Assembly (NCBI RefSeq): GCF_026571515.1
Contig: NW_026855186.1
Location: 1-64,000 of the forward strand
Direction of reading: 5' to 3'
DNA length: 64,000 nt
DNA from: Ruditapes philippinarum
Taxonomy: Eukaryota
Shown: piece after piece, positions 37,235 to 50,092 of the stretch
How the letters are laid out: each line of letters opens with the position of its first letter
How positions within the stretch are numbered: the first letter of the stretch is position 1
Translations under genes and position numbers: made by a program
Notes under the pieces: generated by a model
The model's input: only the letters and a program-made list of their open reading frames with translations
Told to the model about the DNA's origin: nothing
Databases searched by the model: none

Positions 37235-40200
37235 TAATATCATAAAAACAAATCAAAAGTAAAATCAAGGAATGGCAATCTTTATTCCCGCTGTATGTTA
37301 GATAAACAAAGATCAAAACAGTGTAGCCGGAATGTGATATGCATTATGTATGTGTCATGCACATGCATTTCTGTATGGTAAATATAGAATTTATCCAGAA
37401 GAAAAAGAAAAAGAGAAGAAAATACTATATAAGAGATAACACAAGGGATAGTCACAGACGCCGCTTTAGATAATGGTACAAATGAGAAAGTACAATTTAT
37501 GTTAAATTATTTTGTTTTTTATACATGGGGTAAAAAGATATCGTTCCTTCGTTCGTGGTGAAGTAAAATTTAAAGCAGTTATTGCAACTAGCATCAATAT
37601 TGCCTTAATTGAATTGAATTATCAAGAGAAATTTTAAAGTGACACTATGCCCATCAAATTGTAAATAATGAGTTTACAGTTAAAAGTAAAAATGAAATTT
37701 ACATTTTGCCATAACTGTTTTCTGTTCTATTCTCCACCTTAAAAATGATTACATCTCTCACGTGACACACGCACGTTTCTACAATATCCTACGATAAATA
37801 TAGGTAACAAGAACGTGATATTCTTTTTTGCATATTGGGCATTTTTTTTCTATTTTATCCTTGAAAAATGAGCATGTCACTTTAATATGTTCGTTTACGT
37901 GTATACGCGTATGTAAGTAAATTAACACTCTTTGTTGTAGATATTATACATTTATATTGGAGAATTACAATACTTTTGAAGAGTAAACAAGATGTTTCAT
38001 TTGTAACCATTTTCCTTTCTTCGTGTCAATTGGTCTATTTGATATTAAAGTAGAGCCGCACGTGATAATTTATGCGTCACGTGGTATTATATATGACACG
38101 AATCAATATAACCCGCAAGTGATACTCTTCCTAAGTTCAATAGTTAGTCGTGAAACGTTACATCAAATAGAAAATTCCATAGTAGTCAATTGTGAAATCA
38201 TTGGCCTTCGGATATGTTTAATTATAAATTTCAACTAACGAATTAATGTAATTAATTAATGTATGTCTATTTGTTGCAAGAATTTGGGTCAATTTGCTCA
38301 CCATACAACTTAAGTTCAACCAAAACAAGGACGGTATTTTCATTTCTATCATATTAGGCAAACATATATGTTCAATTCTGTAAACATGGTTTAAATAGTA
38401 TAAAGCTATATCAAATGAAATATCTTGTGTTTTTTTTCTAAAATTTATGAATGGCCAAATTACGTTTTTCCATTTCTCAGCTGTAACATAGAATGTCTCG
38501 TAGTTTAACGCACATGAAAAATATATTTAAGCAGAATAATATTTTCGGGACAAAATATAATGCTACAACTTTATATATAAAGATTTATAACTGTTCTGAT
38601 GTGAATTTGTGCATGCGTCATTCGCTCAAAAAAAATGTTCTAAGTATTTTAGAGATGTTCTCTTTTCAAAATATAATTCAAACAAGAGCTTTATACACTT
38701 TAAAGCGCTACGTATATTAAATGATCAACATTATGTTTTGTCTAATCACATTGAAGTATTTTTCAAAATTCTGCTAAGTCTAAGTTTGGTAAATGTGTAC
38801 TAACTAAATAATATTTACTTAATCAGTCGTCTAACCAGTCTAACAAATTTCAATAATGCATTATGGAGTTTGAGGTATGGTTTGCACTCTGAATTGTAAA
38901 ATATCTAGGTTAGCAAAACAATGCCAGCGTAAAAAAATAGGCGAGGTCAGGTGTTTCTAAATGTAAGAATACAATCAATTAATTTATTACATAGATAATT
39001 CATCTGGGGCCCGCAGAGACAAATGATTACATAGTAACTTTTTAATATCATTTTAACTCTAAGAAAAATGTATGTTGTAAATTGCTGACTGTTTTAAACT
39101 TTATAATTTCTAGAAAAGAATAACCAAAACATTATATTCTTTCACTTGATAGGAATGAACTGCATTAACAATCCTTGATATGAAGAATACAATGATTACA
39201 TTTTTTGGTTGGAAGACACATTGAAAATGGACCCCCTTCACCTGTAAACCTAAATCGACACACAGAAACTTAAAAAAGTGAACTGTTTTTCAAATGAGCA
39301 AAACAATAGGGATTTTAAATGTTAATGAATAACTTGAAGCTAATAAAGAAATTTTTATCAACAAATAATCTCTAATGTATTTTTCTCACATTTTCATTTG
39401 TTGAATTACTTAGATTAAGTTTGTTTGTTAACAGGCACCACCTGAGCTTCTTTAAACAATGACTATACTATTACATTATTAAAACATATGTAATATTGTT
39501 TCGTACTGTCATGTTAACATGTGTTACATAAAACATTAATAAATATTTCTAGTGGATTTGTGTCTTATTTCAAGAAAATGCCAGATAAAACCTAATTTAT
39601 ATGTTACTATATTTAGATTTGATACTTGATGCTTGTGTGTTTCCAAGACAGACATTCTAAAATGTTTAACAAGGATAAAAAAATAAAGAGATAGCTTCTC
39701 AGTTCTCTAGCAGGATATAGATTTTGTTCAACATTGAATTTATCTTAACGTCAGCTTTTACAAATATCTTAAGATATTAGCTTTGACTTCTTTGAGGATA
39801 AAATATATTTCTATCATTGTTTTTTTAACCCTTTACTGCATGAGCATATTGTGAGAAATGGCCGTTTTTATTGAAAAGCCTTCTATTACAAGTTCAAACT
39901 ACTATGCAACTATGAAAAATGCTTCAATACTGATGAAACTTGGCACAAATGTTGACTAGACCATAGCCTCTGTAGCAGCATGCTCAATCGTAAATTTCCT
40001 GTTACCATGGCAACGGGGGGAAGTCTCAAAATTGCCAAAAATCACTATTTTGCATTGTTTTTTACCATCAAAACTGATTTTAAAGTGCTGCAACTTCTCA
40101 ATGGATTGAGATAGAGTAAAAGGATTTTCAGCGTTGGTTAGTCGTTACCTAAAATCACTCTGAAGCCATTTTTAGCCTGTCACATGTCTAAAATTTTCTT

Positions 40201-40894
40201 GGCGATGAGGGGGGCTGCCGCTCCCTTCAAACCCTCGAAACAGAATGGGGCACATCCCCCTTCTGGTAACCCCTTTGATGATCCTTTTTGATATGGTGTG
40301 GCACCGAAAAAGGGATCACTTTTTTATCAACATTTCTCAAACGAATAAAGCATTCTTTTACTGTTTGAAGATAATACGTCAAACTCTCACTAATACACTT
40401 TAAATAAAAGTTCTAACGTTTAAATACACAAACAAGGAATAGAAACAGCATCGAAACAAGAGGCGAGAAGGCGCATTTCGCTTCAGAAGTAATAAGAAGA
40501 ACTTTCATTTTTTTCTTCTTTTCATACATGTATTCTAAATATTTTTTAAATCTTATTTTAATTGATTTTTAATCAGTGCTAGAGAGTTTAATATAACAAT
40601 GAGTGTGTCGATAGATTTATTTTATTTTTATCAAGAAAATAAAATTCTGATATCATTTTATCTCTGTTTTTATTGATGATTATGATTTGTGCGTTGACAT
40701 TCCCCATAGAGTGACTTAAACATAATAAGGCTTTTAATGGAACGATAAATCTTTAAAAATATTGGCTGTACAAAAAAAACCAATCCAACTAGGTTTCTAT
40801 ACAAAAACGTTTCTCTCTATTCACAGGTATGTCTGCGAAAAAAGTACGAATGTAGTTATATGTGTAGTTTAAAGGTACTCAGCTTAATTATCTT

Positions 40895-41375
40895 TCGAAA
40901 GAATGAATAAGTAATTCTAATGGTTAAATGGAGAGTATTTCTGTTACAAAAGAAAATGTGAATAAGTAATTCTATTGGTTAAATCGTGAATATTTTTGTT
41001 AGTAACGAGAATGTGAATACTTTATACAAGAAATTAATTCTTGAGTATTTATGTCACTAAAAAATGAAAAAGTAGTTTTAGCGGTTGAATGATGATTATT
41101 TTTATTAAAAGTAATTTAAGGGGTTAATCGGTGAGTATTTCTTCTCTAAAGAGAATGAATAAGTAATTCTAAGGGTTAAATAATGAATATTACCGTCTCT
41201 TAATTAAGAGAATAACTAAGTAATCTTAGGTTTGTGTGATGTTTTTTTGATAATAACAAAAGAGTGAGTAATTGTTAAGTGATTATTATTTCTTTCACTT
41301 AAGAGAATGAATAAGTAATTCTAAGAATTGAATAGTGAATATTTATTTCTGTCTTTTAAGAGAATGAATACGTAA
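40895..41375. repeat. Degenerate ~55-60 bp minisatellite
   Basis: Recurrent AAGAGAATGAATAAGTAATTCTAA..GGTTAAAT..GA(G/A)TATTT units. Confidence 0.65.
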
Positions 41376-42660
41376 TGATAATAATAATAATAATAAAATG
41401 TACTAAGATTTTAGGAAAGGTATAAAGATTCAATATTCTAGTAAAATGTTACATGTAATGTGCGATTTAATACCGAATTTTTCAGTATTTATAACTATGA
41501 TTCTACTGCGTAACTAACACACTATGGGCTATTTTTGCATGTTTTGACCACTTTATAGTAATTTACATATGTTGTAAGTGTCATTGATAATGTGTAAATT
41601 GCATTCATTTGGTACCTTTAAAATATTATACTGTTAAATACATTTTAAATTTTCATGAAAATTAGCATACATCTGGAGGCGTGCTTCTTTAATACTCCCG
41701 TTATTGCCGTCAGTCATTTCATAAAGGAAATTGTTTCAAATTAAACGAATTTTCCATTAATGTTAATATTCATGTTAATGTCTGTCTATAGCTTTCACAT
41801 TAAATAAGTCACGCAAAGCATTAGCATCTGACAGGTGAAAGAAAATTAATGATCAGACTTTGTTACTGCAATCACAGTACATCTCTAATTCACACCAAAG
41901 AGCAAATTAATAAAAAAGGGAAAAAAGGAGAGAAAAAACGTTAGCGCTGATTGAGAGTATTGTCCTAAAAACCACTGAGGTGCAGATGAGAGTTACTTTA
42001 TACATTATATATTTCTTTTCATAAATCTATATTGTACTGTGTAACACACACCTATTCGCCACTATTTGTGATACGTTTTGAAAGTAATAAGCCAATCAAA
42101 TATGCCGTCGGTTCAACGTCCAAGTCAATAGATAAAGGCGGTAACACGGTAAGCAACCGTGTGCATATAAATAGTAAACATCACAAAAATGACTTACATA
42201 CATATTTTTATCATTTCGTGAATAACATAATTCAAAATATATAGGCTACCTCTTGGTATATTATATAACCTTTAAAGACATGAATGATGACATGTCCGGG
42301 GTCTGTACTCGGGGGAATGAACCGTCGTTTAGCCTAGAATCCATCCATCCATCAATCCATCCATCCACCAATCCATAAATACATACATACGACCTTGGGC
42401 GTGATGGGTGCAGTCCTGAAGCCTAAATTCGTCACTTGAATTTATAATATGTCCATTGCCTTACGGTCAAGACAGTCCTCAACTGTTCAATACAGTGGTA
42501 TTAGAATAATAAATTCAGTTTCAAGTAAACTAAGGTAAGATGTGACTTTGTAACATAAGGAGGAGGCTACCTCGAGTTGCCTATATGACTGAAATACTGT
42601 TGGGAATAGGCGTAAAATAATGAAACAAAATAATTAAACCTCGAGTTGTTCTCAATAAGT

Positions 42661-42897
42661 TGAGCCGCGTCACGACAAAACCAACATAATGGGTTTGCGA
42701 CCAGCATGGATCCAGACCAGCCTGCGCATCCGCGCAGTCTGATCAGGATCCATGCTGATCCCCTATTAACCCTATTACAAGTAGAGAAACTGATAGCGAA
42801 CAGCACGGATCCTGATCAGACTGTGCAGATGCGCAGGCTGGTCTTGATCCGTGTTGGTCGCAAACCCATTATGTTGGTTTTGTCGTGGCGCGGCTCA
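42661..42897. mobile_element. Palindromic MITE, second copy
   Basis: Same inverted arms as 23822-24059. Confidence 0.9.
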
Positions 42898-44051
42898 AAT
42901 TAAACTGTATACCACTTAGATCCAAGTATTGATTTTGAATTATTTTAGTCGAGTATACATTTATGCAGGCGTCACACTGTCCTGACTTTGGCATCAGATG
43001 GACACACGAATTCGGATCTGATCGTAATAACATCGTGCCATTCGAGAGGGTATCTTTTGCCTTCGTATGATCCCCGGCTTAATATTTCAAGCTCCGGCAG
43101 CAACCCCGCGAGCGGTTCCAAAATTTTTTGGCATGCCAAAAAATTGCCCGAAGACATTGCGAAGGTTCATTTTCGTGTTGAATTCGTCAATTTTGCCCTT
43201 CGTAAGATCGTCGTGAAGCCATCTTGTCAAATTGTGTAGTCTTCGTCTTTTCTACGTGTGATCATCGGTGCAATCTGGCAATTTTAGTAAACACGAAGAT
43301 TCCCGATAGTCTTAAATGGGAACACGACTATGTGAAGGCCCCGCAATACCGCCATGTCACCATCGTATTTTAGTAAGATGTCATCGAGATGGGACCAATT
43401 TTTAATTGAAAGAAAGCAATTTTTAATGGCTCAAGCATTGCATGTTTAGCATCGTGGACATATAAACGGCTGGACCATCTTCCTCATCTGTCACTCTTGC
43501 ACATCTTTACAGAGACATCAAAAGCTTCCATTATTTGCAATTAATTTACAATTATTTTCAGTTTATTTCATGCAGATTAACATGCTTTGGTGATGAGTCA
43601 ACCAAGAAAAAGAAGGCAGTAGCAATGTAATTTTAAAGACACCTTAGAAAATATGATGAGGCCCACAGCCCCACTTGGGTGGTATGATAAAGTTTAATCA
43701 AATATGATAAACAAGATCAACAAGGAAAGGCAGCGTTCAATGATCGCAACATGTACTCACACGACCCAGCAACAAGAACCAAGTAAAACAACAGGACCCC
43801 CCCCCCCCCCCCCTAAAAAGGGCGCAAGGTTGAGCACGAATAGGCTTATCACTTAAATGATACATAAGACGAAATAATGGTAAACGACAAGGAAATCAAA
43901 GAAAACAAATAAATGATTGATTGATCAAATAAATAAAACTAGGGGCAAAAGGAAACATACTTACCGTAGACGAGAAAACAACAAGGGACACCGGCAAAAG
44001 TGTCACATAAACAGTATGAAATAACAAAGACGTGCATCTGAGGAATAAAGA

Positions 44052-44140
44052 GGGGCGCCGCCTCGGACCGGTCAGCAGCGTAAGTACTACTGGGGATTTT
44101 AAACTGATTAATGGTGCATCAAACCTCACTCTTAGCCCAC
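44052..44140 (-). ncRNA. Candidate twister-like ribozyme (type P5), second degenerate copy
   Basis: Same fold as 29388-29482 with P1 UUGAU/AUCAG, P2 3' GAGU, P3 CAGUAG/CUGCUG; L4 mutated to GUCCGAGG. Confidence 0.5.
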
Positions 44141-44341
44141 CATGTTCCTATGAAATAAAATGAATCCACGCCAAGTGAATTTATAACAGTTGTTATGGTT
44201 TCAAAAGGTTAAAGAAGTAAAACACCTAAATGATCATGTAAATATAAAGGAATACCCATATGACCATAACAAATGTACTCAATATTTTAAAGGAAGCCAG
44301 AGTAAGAAAAAATCACCTACAAGGGCCCGGCGAAGCAAGGT

Positions 44342-44407
44342 AGAAGACGAACATTAAGGCAATTCAGTCCCAAATGGCATAAAGAACTGTCCATCATAGA
44401 GTATCCC
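44342..44407 (-). promoter_or_regulatory. SECIS-like hairpin, uninterrupted but degenerate copy
   Basis: GGGAUAC-UCU-AUGAU-GGACAGUUC..GAAUUGCCU-UAAU-GUUC-GUCUUCU; apical AAA lost in this copy. Confidence 0.45.
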
Positions 44408-45928
44408 ACTTGGTCCGTCAGATGTACTACGGAGGAAAGGGCCATCTTTTAAAGTGTTGAACACTAAGCATGCGGTATAGTTGGTCCGTCAGATGTAATC
44501 AAAAGAGGAAAGGACGAACTGTTAAAGTGTTGAACACTAAGCATGCGGCATATCTAAAAAAGTAGGGTCAGAACCTCTTTTGGTTAAACGTTTAATAATT
44601 TTAGGAAAGGCCACACAAAAAATTACAATGACATCTCCATTAAAATAATTTTTGAATCACTATTTTTAAATCAAAGTTACCATTGTAAAATTTTGTAAAA
44701 TATTAACGTAATTTATAATAGCGGCAGCCCTGTTTGAGTAGTTTGCTAGTAATGAAAATATTTAGCTTCTTAAAATCCTTCACGTTGCTAAAAGCTCTAG
44801 CGAATCAAATTTACTGAGATACATATACCCCGTCATATGTTGCATGCGGTACTTTTCCATCTAAATGTGGATAGTTACTATACCATATTCAAAGTCATCA
44901 CTTTTATCATAGATTTTTGTGTGATTGGAATTGTTTTTGATAGTAATATCAAGAGCAAAAATAAAGTTTAAACGTAGTTGTATGCACATCTTGTGTCATT
45001 TTCGGGACAGTGTGACGCCTGAATTAAATGGATCAAATACGGGAATTGAAAGAATTTAAGGACATAAATGTTCTCCGGGATAGAGATTATCTCTTTGAAT
45101 TTATGACTGAAGTTGCATTTTATCAGAAATTTCGATTAACGAAGGAGCGTTTTTAATATCTAATATGCGGAATGATACATGTTGATGAACTATAAAGGAT
45201 GTATTATCAGTACTTATCCAAACTTACGGCTGCCAAAATGAAGTGAATTGATACAATTTCCAGTCGGAAATTTATTGACCAAAGATACTTCATCATTTCA
45301 CAATTATGTTATTCTTAATCATCTCATAATATATCTTTTTAACAATACTGTTTTATTCAAATATTTGCCGTTTGTATTTGCCAATATCACTATTTAACTA
45401 TTTTAATTGTCTAAACTTAACTATTTTAATTGTCTAAAGTAGAGTTCACTATTCATAAAACGTAAAAAAATGTTGTTGATGGTTTATCTATCAGCTCATA
45501 TATACATTGTGCACACTCCCTCGTAAATAGAAATTTCTGTGAAAAAATACAACAACAAAACGTTTGATATAAATTCAATGGGATTATCCTTACTCCTAAG
45601 TATCTGTCTTTCATCATGTATTTATTCATTCTTTCTGTCAGTTCAAGTTTAAGATATATTTAAATGTATATGGGACCAAAATGATTCATAATCAATACTC
45701 AAATTTAAGTTGTATTCAGTATTTATCTATTAAGAACATTTTAAGGTAGCCCCCTCCTAATCTCACAAATTCTCAATTTGAATACTGTTGAATCACCCTT
45801 AAGAATGTGGTCTGCTTTTTAAATTTTTCTTTTGACGTCTTATCTGTGATATGCAGGCTTCATAACTTCTGTTCCCCTTTCAAAATTCCATTTTATTTAG
45901 TTCCACCAATTGTTTTCTCGTTAAGGGC

Positions 45929-46222
45929 ACATGCATCTTTTTACTTGGGGACCATATGCAGCTTTTCATAGAATGGCACTTACATGTCACATTGAAGATT
46001 TTATGATAACCGCCATATGAACACATCTGCGGATGTTTCGAAATTCCAAATTGTACCAGTTCATGTTAAATGTTTAATTCTGCTTAAGCCGGTGCTAGGG
46101 GGCGTGGACGGTAGTTTGCACTTGACAGTACCGTCCATGAACAGACTCAATCAAACCGAGCCTGCAACATTTTCAGTTTTTCCGTGTTGGGCTTTCTTTA
46201 GGGGATTCTTATTTTTATCTAT
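45929..46222 (+). mobile_element. 292-bp structured element, copy C
   Basis: Full-length diverged match to 30645-30936; no clear TSD. Confidence 0.85.
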
Positions 46223-46631
46223 CATATCTTAGTGTACTCGAAACTTACTTTATAATCTGATAAAATGTTTTCTAAAATTTTAGGACCGCTAGGCAATCAT
46301 ATGAGATTTTCTCAATGAGGATGAGTGATAAGGGTCTAAATAATCGTCTCTTAAAAGCTGAAACATTTATTGACCTCTAAATCCCTTTTCTCGTTTAAAA
46401 CGGTTGTTTCATAAGCTTTTAACGACAAATGAGATCGGAAATAGTAATTGCATCACACAATGCCTTAAAGTCTTGTTTAAAAGCATTCAATTATTTCGCC
46501 GGTGATTTAACGACGTGGGTTCTGTTTTGATTAACAGACAAATAGGAAAAGTAACTAGACTTAAAAAGGGTTTGAGTACACTCATACCTCTATAAATGTG
46601 TTTGATACAAAACTGTTGACATTAGAAAACG

Positions 46632-47801
46632 ATGAACGAGACAGACAAAGCAAGTTTTTCAAACAACTTTACCCTTTCTGGATGGGCGGAGGTATTAAAT
46701 ATAATAATTTTGTCGGCGGTAGTTATTTTCGGTGTATTAGGAAATGGAATTATTATCATTGTGCAACTAAAGAATCGGGAAAAATCAAGTACGGATTATT
46801 TTGTTGGGACGATGGCTGTGTTTGAGCTGTTTTGTGCAGGTTTTAATAGCCTCATTGTAGTTTTTAACAATATTTCCGGCTTATGGTATGTTATAGCGAC
46901 CTTGACATTGTGTTCCGTTCGTGCATACGCTTCACTTGTCGCAACTATTTCGTCTACGCTCCTACTCACTGCTATCGCAATTGACCGTTATATTCTCACT
47001 TGTAAACCTTTCAATACATGTTACTCGAAGCAGAAAGCAAAATGGATTTGTATCGGTGTAATCGTTATTAGTATCGTCGCCTCAACACCATCGTTGGCAC
47101 TAGCAACTTTTGACGATGAAAATATGAAATGTTTGCAAACTGTGAAGAATCCAGTTCTTCATAACATATTGCAGATGTCCCTTGGAGCAACTTATGTCGT
47201 TATGTTTGTTGTAGTTATATTTTGCTACAGTAAGGTGACTATTTTAATACGGAGAAGACACAAACAAAGGATCAATAATGTTCCCTTAACGTCAGCATCA
47301 ACATCTAAACATTCGACTGTATCAATAAAGCTCTCTTCCAAAGCTCGTTTTGTAAAGAATAAAAATAAAATTGCACCAAAACATCAATGCAAAGGTATTG
47401 AAATAGCTACAGTTGAGAATAGCTTGAAACCTGCAAGTACTGGGCATGAAACTGATCTAGATCTGAAAAGTACCATTCGAGATAAAGAAGAGGTTGTACG
47501 TATCTCAGATACTGAAATACAGGCACTTGAAATGCAGAAGATAAATCGAACAACACTGATCATGTTTCTGATCACGACAATATACATATTAACATGGGTT
47601 ATTCACTGGTTAAATAACGCTTTAGTGTCACGTGATACAGTTGCTGGGCGAAATGTCATTCATCTAACAACATATTTGTACATGATTAACTGTGTAACAA
47701 ACCCTATTTTCTTTATAGCTATGAGCTCTAAATTTCGAAGAAATGCTAAAATACTTTTCACGAGAATTATAAACGTCTGCAGATCTTCCCGCCAATATTA
47801 G
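46632..47801 (+). CDS. Orphan rhodopsin-class GPCR, uninterrupted CDS, 389 aa; paralog of 36089-37234
   Basis: Seven hydrophobic segments, GNG, AIDRY, CYSKVT, NRTTLIMFLITTIYILTW (identical to paralog), NPIFF, SSKFR. Confidence 0.95.
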   Translation: MNETDKASFSNNFTLSGWAEVLNIIILSAVVIFGVLGNGIIIIVQLKNREKSSTDYFVGTMAVFELFCAGFNSLIVVFNNISGLWYVIATLTLCSVRAYASLVATISSTLLLTAIAIDRYILTCKPFNTCYSKQKAKWICIGVIVISIVASTPSLALATFDDENMKCLQTVKNPVLHNILQMSLGATYVVMFVVVIFCYSKVTILIRRRHKQRINNVPLTSASTSKHSTVSIKLSSKARFVKNKNKIAPKHQCKGIEIATVENSLKPASTGHETDLDLKSTIRDKEEVVRISDTEIQALEMQKINRTTLIMFLITTIYILTWVIHWLNNALVSRDTVAGRNVIHLTTYLYMINCVTNPIFFIAMSSKFRRNAKILFTRIINVCRSSRQY

Positions 47802-49177
47802 AGGCTCACTGTACGAAGTTTAACAAATATCGTGTCTAATGTTGCAGACAAATTAAAAACAAGTCAAAATATTTTCATTCAATATGTTTTTATTGCGCCA
47901 TTAAACATCTATAATTTGATACAATGTATGTGTTTTCTTCTTACTTTTGGAAAAACAATCTTTTCTTTTAATCCTAATATTTTACCATTGTCTCTTGCTG
48001 TGTATACAAATATATATTTAATGCAGATTTGGTGACAATTGAAATGTTTCCATAATTCGGTGACAAGAAACTTGTTCTATATACATTGTACATTACATAT
48101 GTTGTTTTATTATTCTTATGTAACTGATAAATTTGTCGAGACATTCCATGACCTATAAAGCACATTTTATTTTCTCTCAGCTTGATATTATATATAAACA
48201 GTCAATAATTATCTTTAAGGAAAAGTGGTTAATGAAAATAGTATAAAACATGAATATTGATCACAACAGCCTATGCTTGTGAACGTGATTCTGAAAATGT
48301 CACACATATTTTCATTGTTTCTATCATGACCATATCTCATTTAGACCTGGTTTTGCTCTCTTTCATTGACAGGAATGTAAGAAGCTACGAAGTTTTATGC
48401 TTAGTGGATATCTGTAAACTTGTGTTGCCATGAATTCGATATTTATCCAACGTAACCCTAACTGTACAACATACCATTATTGATTTGCATTTGTATAAAA
48501 TATAAAAAATATAACTTTTTAACCTCTTTCATTTATTTTCATTAAATGAAGATATAAAAACAAGCATTTCAGAATCATTAGTTCAGCTATCTAGAATATG
48601 TGTATCCTTAATCTTAAATTAAGACAAACATTTTCATCTAAATTGATAATGAATTATAGTGCAATTTTATTTGTTGTCTCCCTTTAATCGGATAGATCAC
48701 AAAAGATATGATTAAAACTACACACACACACGCACACACGCACAAACGTGCACACATTACCGGTATGTTATGATGAAACACAGTATACACAGTTAACTTA
48801 AAAAATGTTATAGAAATAAAAGTTTTAAAGCATTGTATTGATAACAAAACCTATTATGAAGAAATCTTTTAATTTGTCTATTAAACGACAAACCAATTAG
48901 ATGCCTTGATTTCTGCTAAGGTTTGATTTCTAGATAACAAAATCAATGTCCAGATAATCGACTTGTAATTATGTAATTGACGAATACGTGCAACAAAAAC
49001 CTTGTCTGACTGTCGCAGCAACAATTAAAATGCTGACTTAGCATTTCCACATTTAAACAGTAGTAAGTAATCAAAATACTCAATATTTATACAAAATAAA
49101 ATAATATTTTAGTAAGGAACTCTGTGCATGTTATGTCAGTAATTATTTCCTTTTTACCATTGTTTTTATAAAACAAT

Positions 49178-49308
49178 NNNNNNNNNNNNNNNNNNNNNNN
49201 NNNNNNNNNNNNNNNNNNNNNNNNNNNNNNNNNNNNNNNNNNNNNNNNNNNNNNNNNNNNNNNNNNNNNNNNNNNNNNNNNNNNNNNNNNNNNNNNNNNN
49301 NNNNNNNN
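49178..49308. other. Assembly gap (131 N)
   Basis: Run of n. Confidence 1.
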
Positions 49309-50092
49309 TTTTCTGAACAGTTTACTCTACACAGACACAATTTTATTTATATGTCTAAGCTTAAAGTGATGTAGAGAGTCGTCCAGGGTGCCTCTCCATA
49401 CATGTGTGTATAAGCAATTGTATTAAACGAACAAGATAGCTTCAAAATTAGGAAAACCTTGACAACATGAGCAACCTTGTTCCTCAAGTGAAATTTCTTG
49501 ACCACACTTCCAATAGTTATTGCTTTCCAAATATAAAAAACAAATGTTTTATCATTATTCAAATCCACGTGTTCCAAAACAGATCACGTCAAATTGCTAA
49601 ATATTGAAGGAACACTCTATAAAGCAATTTTAATAAGAACATAGTTGGTCGATATTAGCTAATGTTTACTTACACATTTCCAATAAAGTGCTCGTTTAAA
49701 AGCCGATGCAATTAAATGAATTAAACACATGTTAATTGTTGACGTTAATATTGTTTTTAATGATAAGTTTAAGCATCTGTTTGATGTGCTTACACTGAAA
49801 ACAATAAAGACACAAATGGAGAATCATATCTAAATATAAAATCACATCTTCTGTTTCAAATAGGAAATTTACATAATAAAAATGTTGCTACATTGATTGA
49901 ATATCATATCATATTAATTTATATGCATTGTGACGTTCAAAGTCATCCTATGAAATACACAACGGTTTAATAAATGCTATATAAATCACGAGTATTAATC
50001 TGTATGTCTAAAATAATAAACAACAAAAAATAAAATAAAAAAATAACTAAAAAATGTCAATAATAATACAATGCGGTTTATTATTATCCATT

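Larger units (their letters stand above)
43699..44960 (-). mobile_element. Penelope-like retroelement, second 5'-truncated decayed copy
   Basis: Collinear with 29014-30610 minus the 292-bp insertion; same 3' terminus AAATATGATAAACAAGATCAACAAGGAAAGG; remnants of TKIYDK..YPHLDG..YGVYVSV; internal ~70-bp duplication at 44410-44550. Confidence 0.85.
42964..45023. mobile_element. PIF/Harbinger-like TIR element (deletion derivative) containing a nested retroelement
   Basis: TIR core CAGGCGTCACACTGTCC (42966) / GGACAGTGTGACGCCTG (ends 45021); TTA on both flanks. Confidence 0.65.

Noticed and set aside
39829-41175. piggyBac-like element (TTAA CCCTT .. AAGGG TTAA)
   Set aside because: The inverted match is only about 5 bp beyond TTAA, and the right end belongs to a minisatellite unit.
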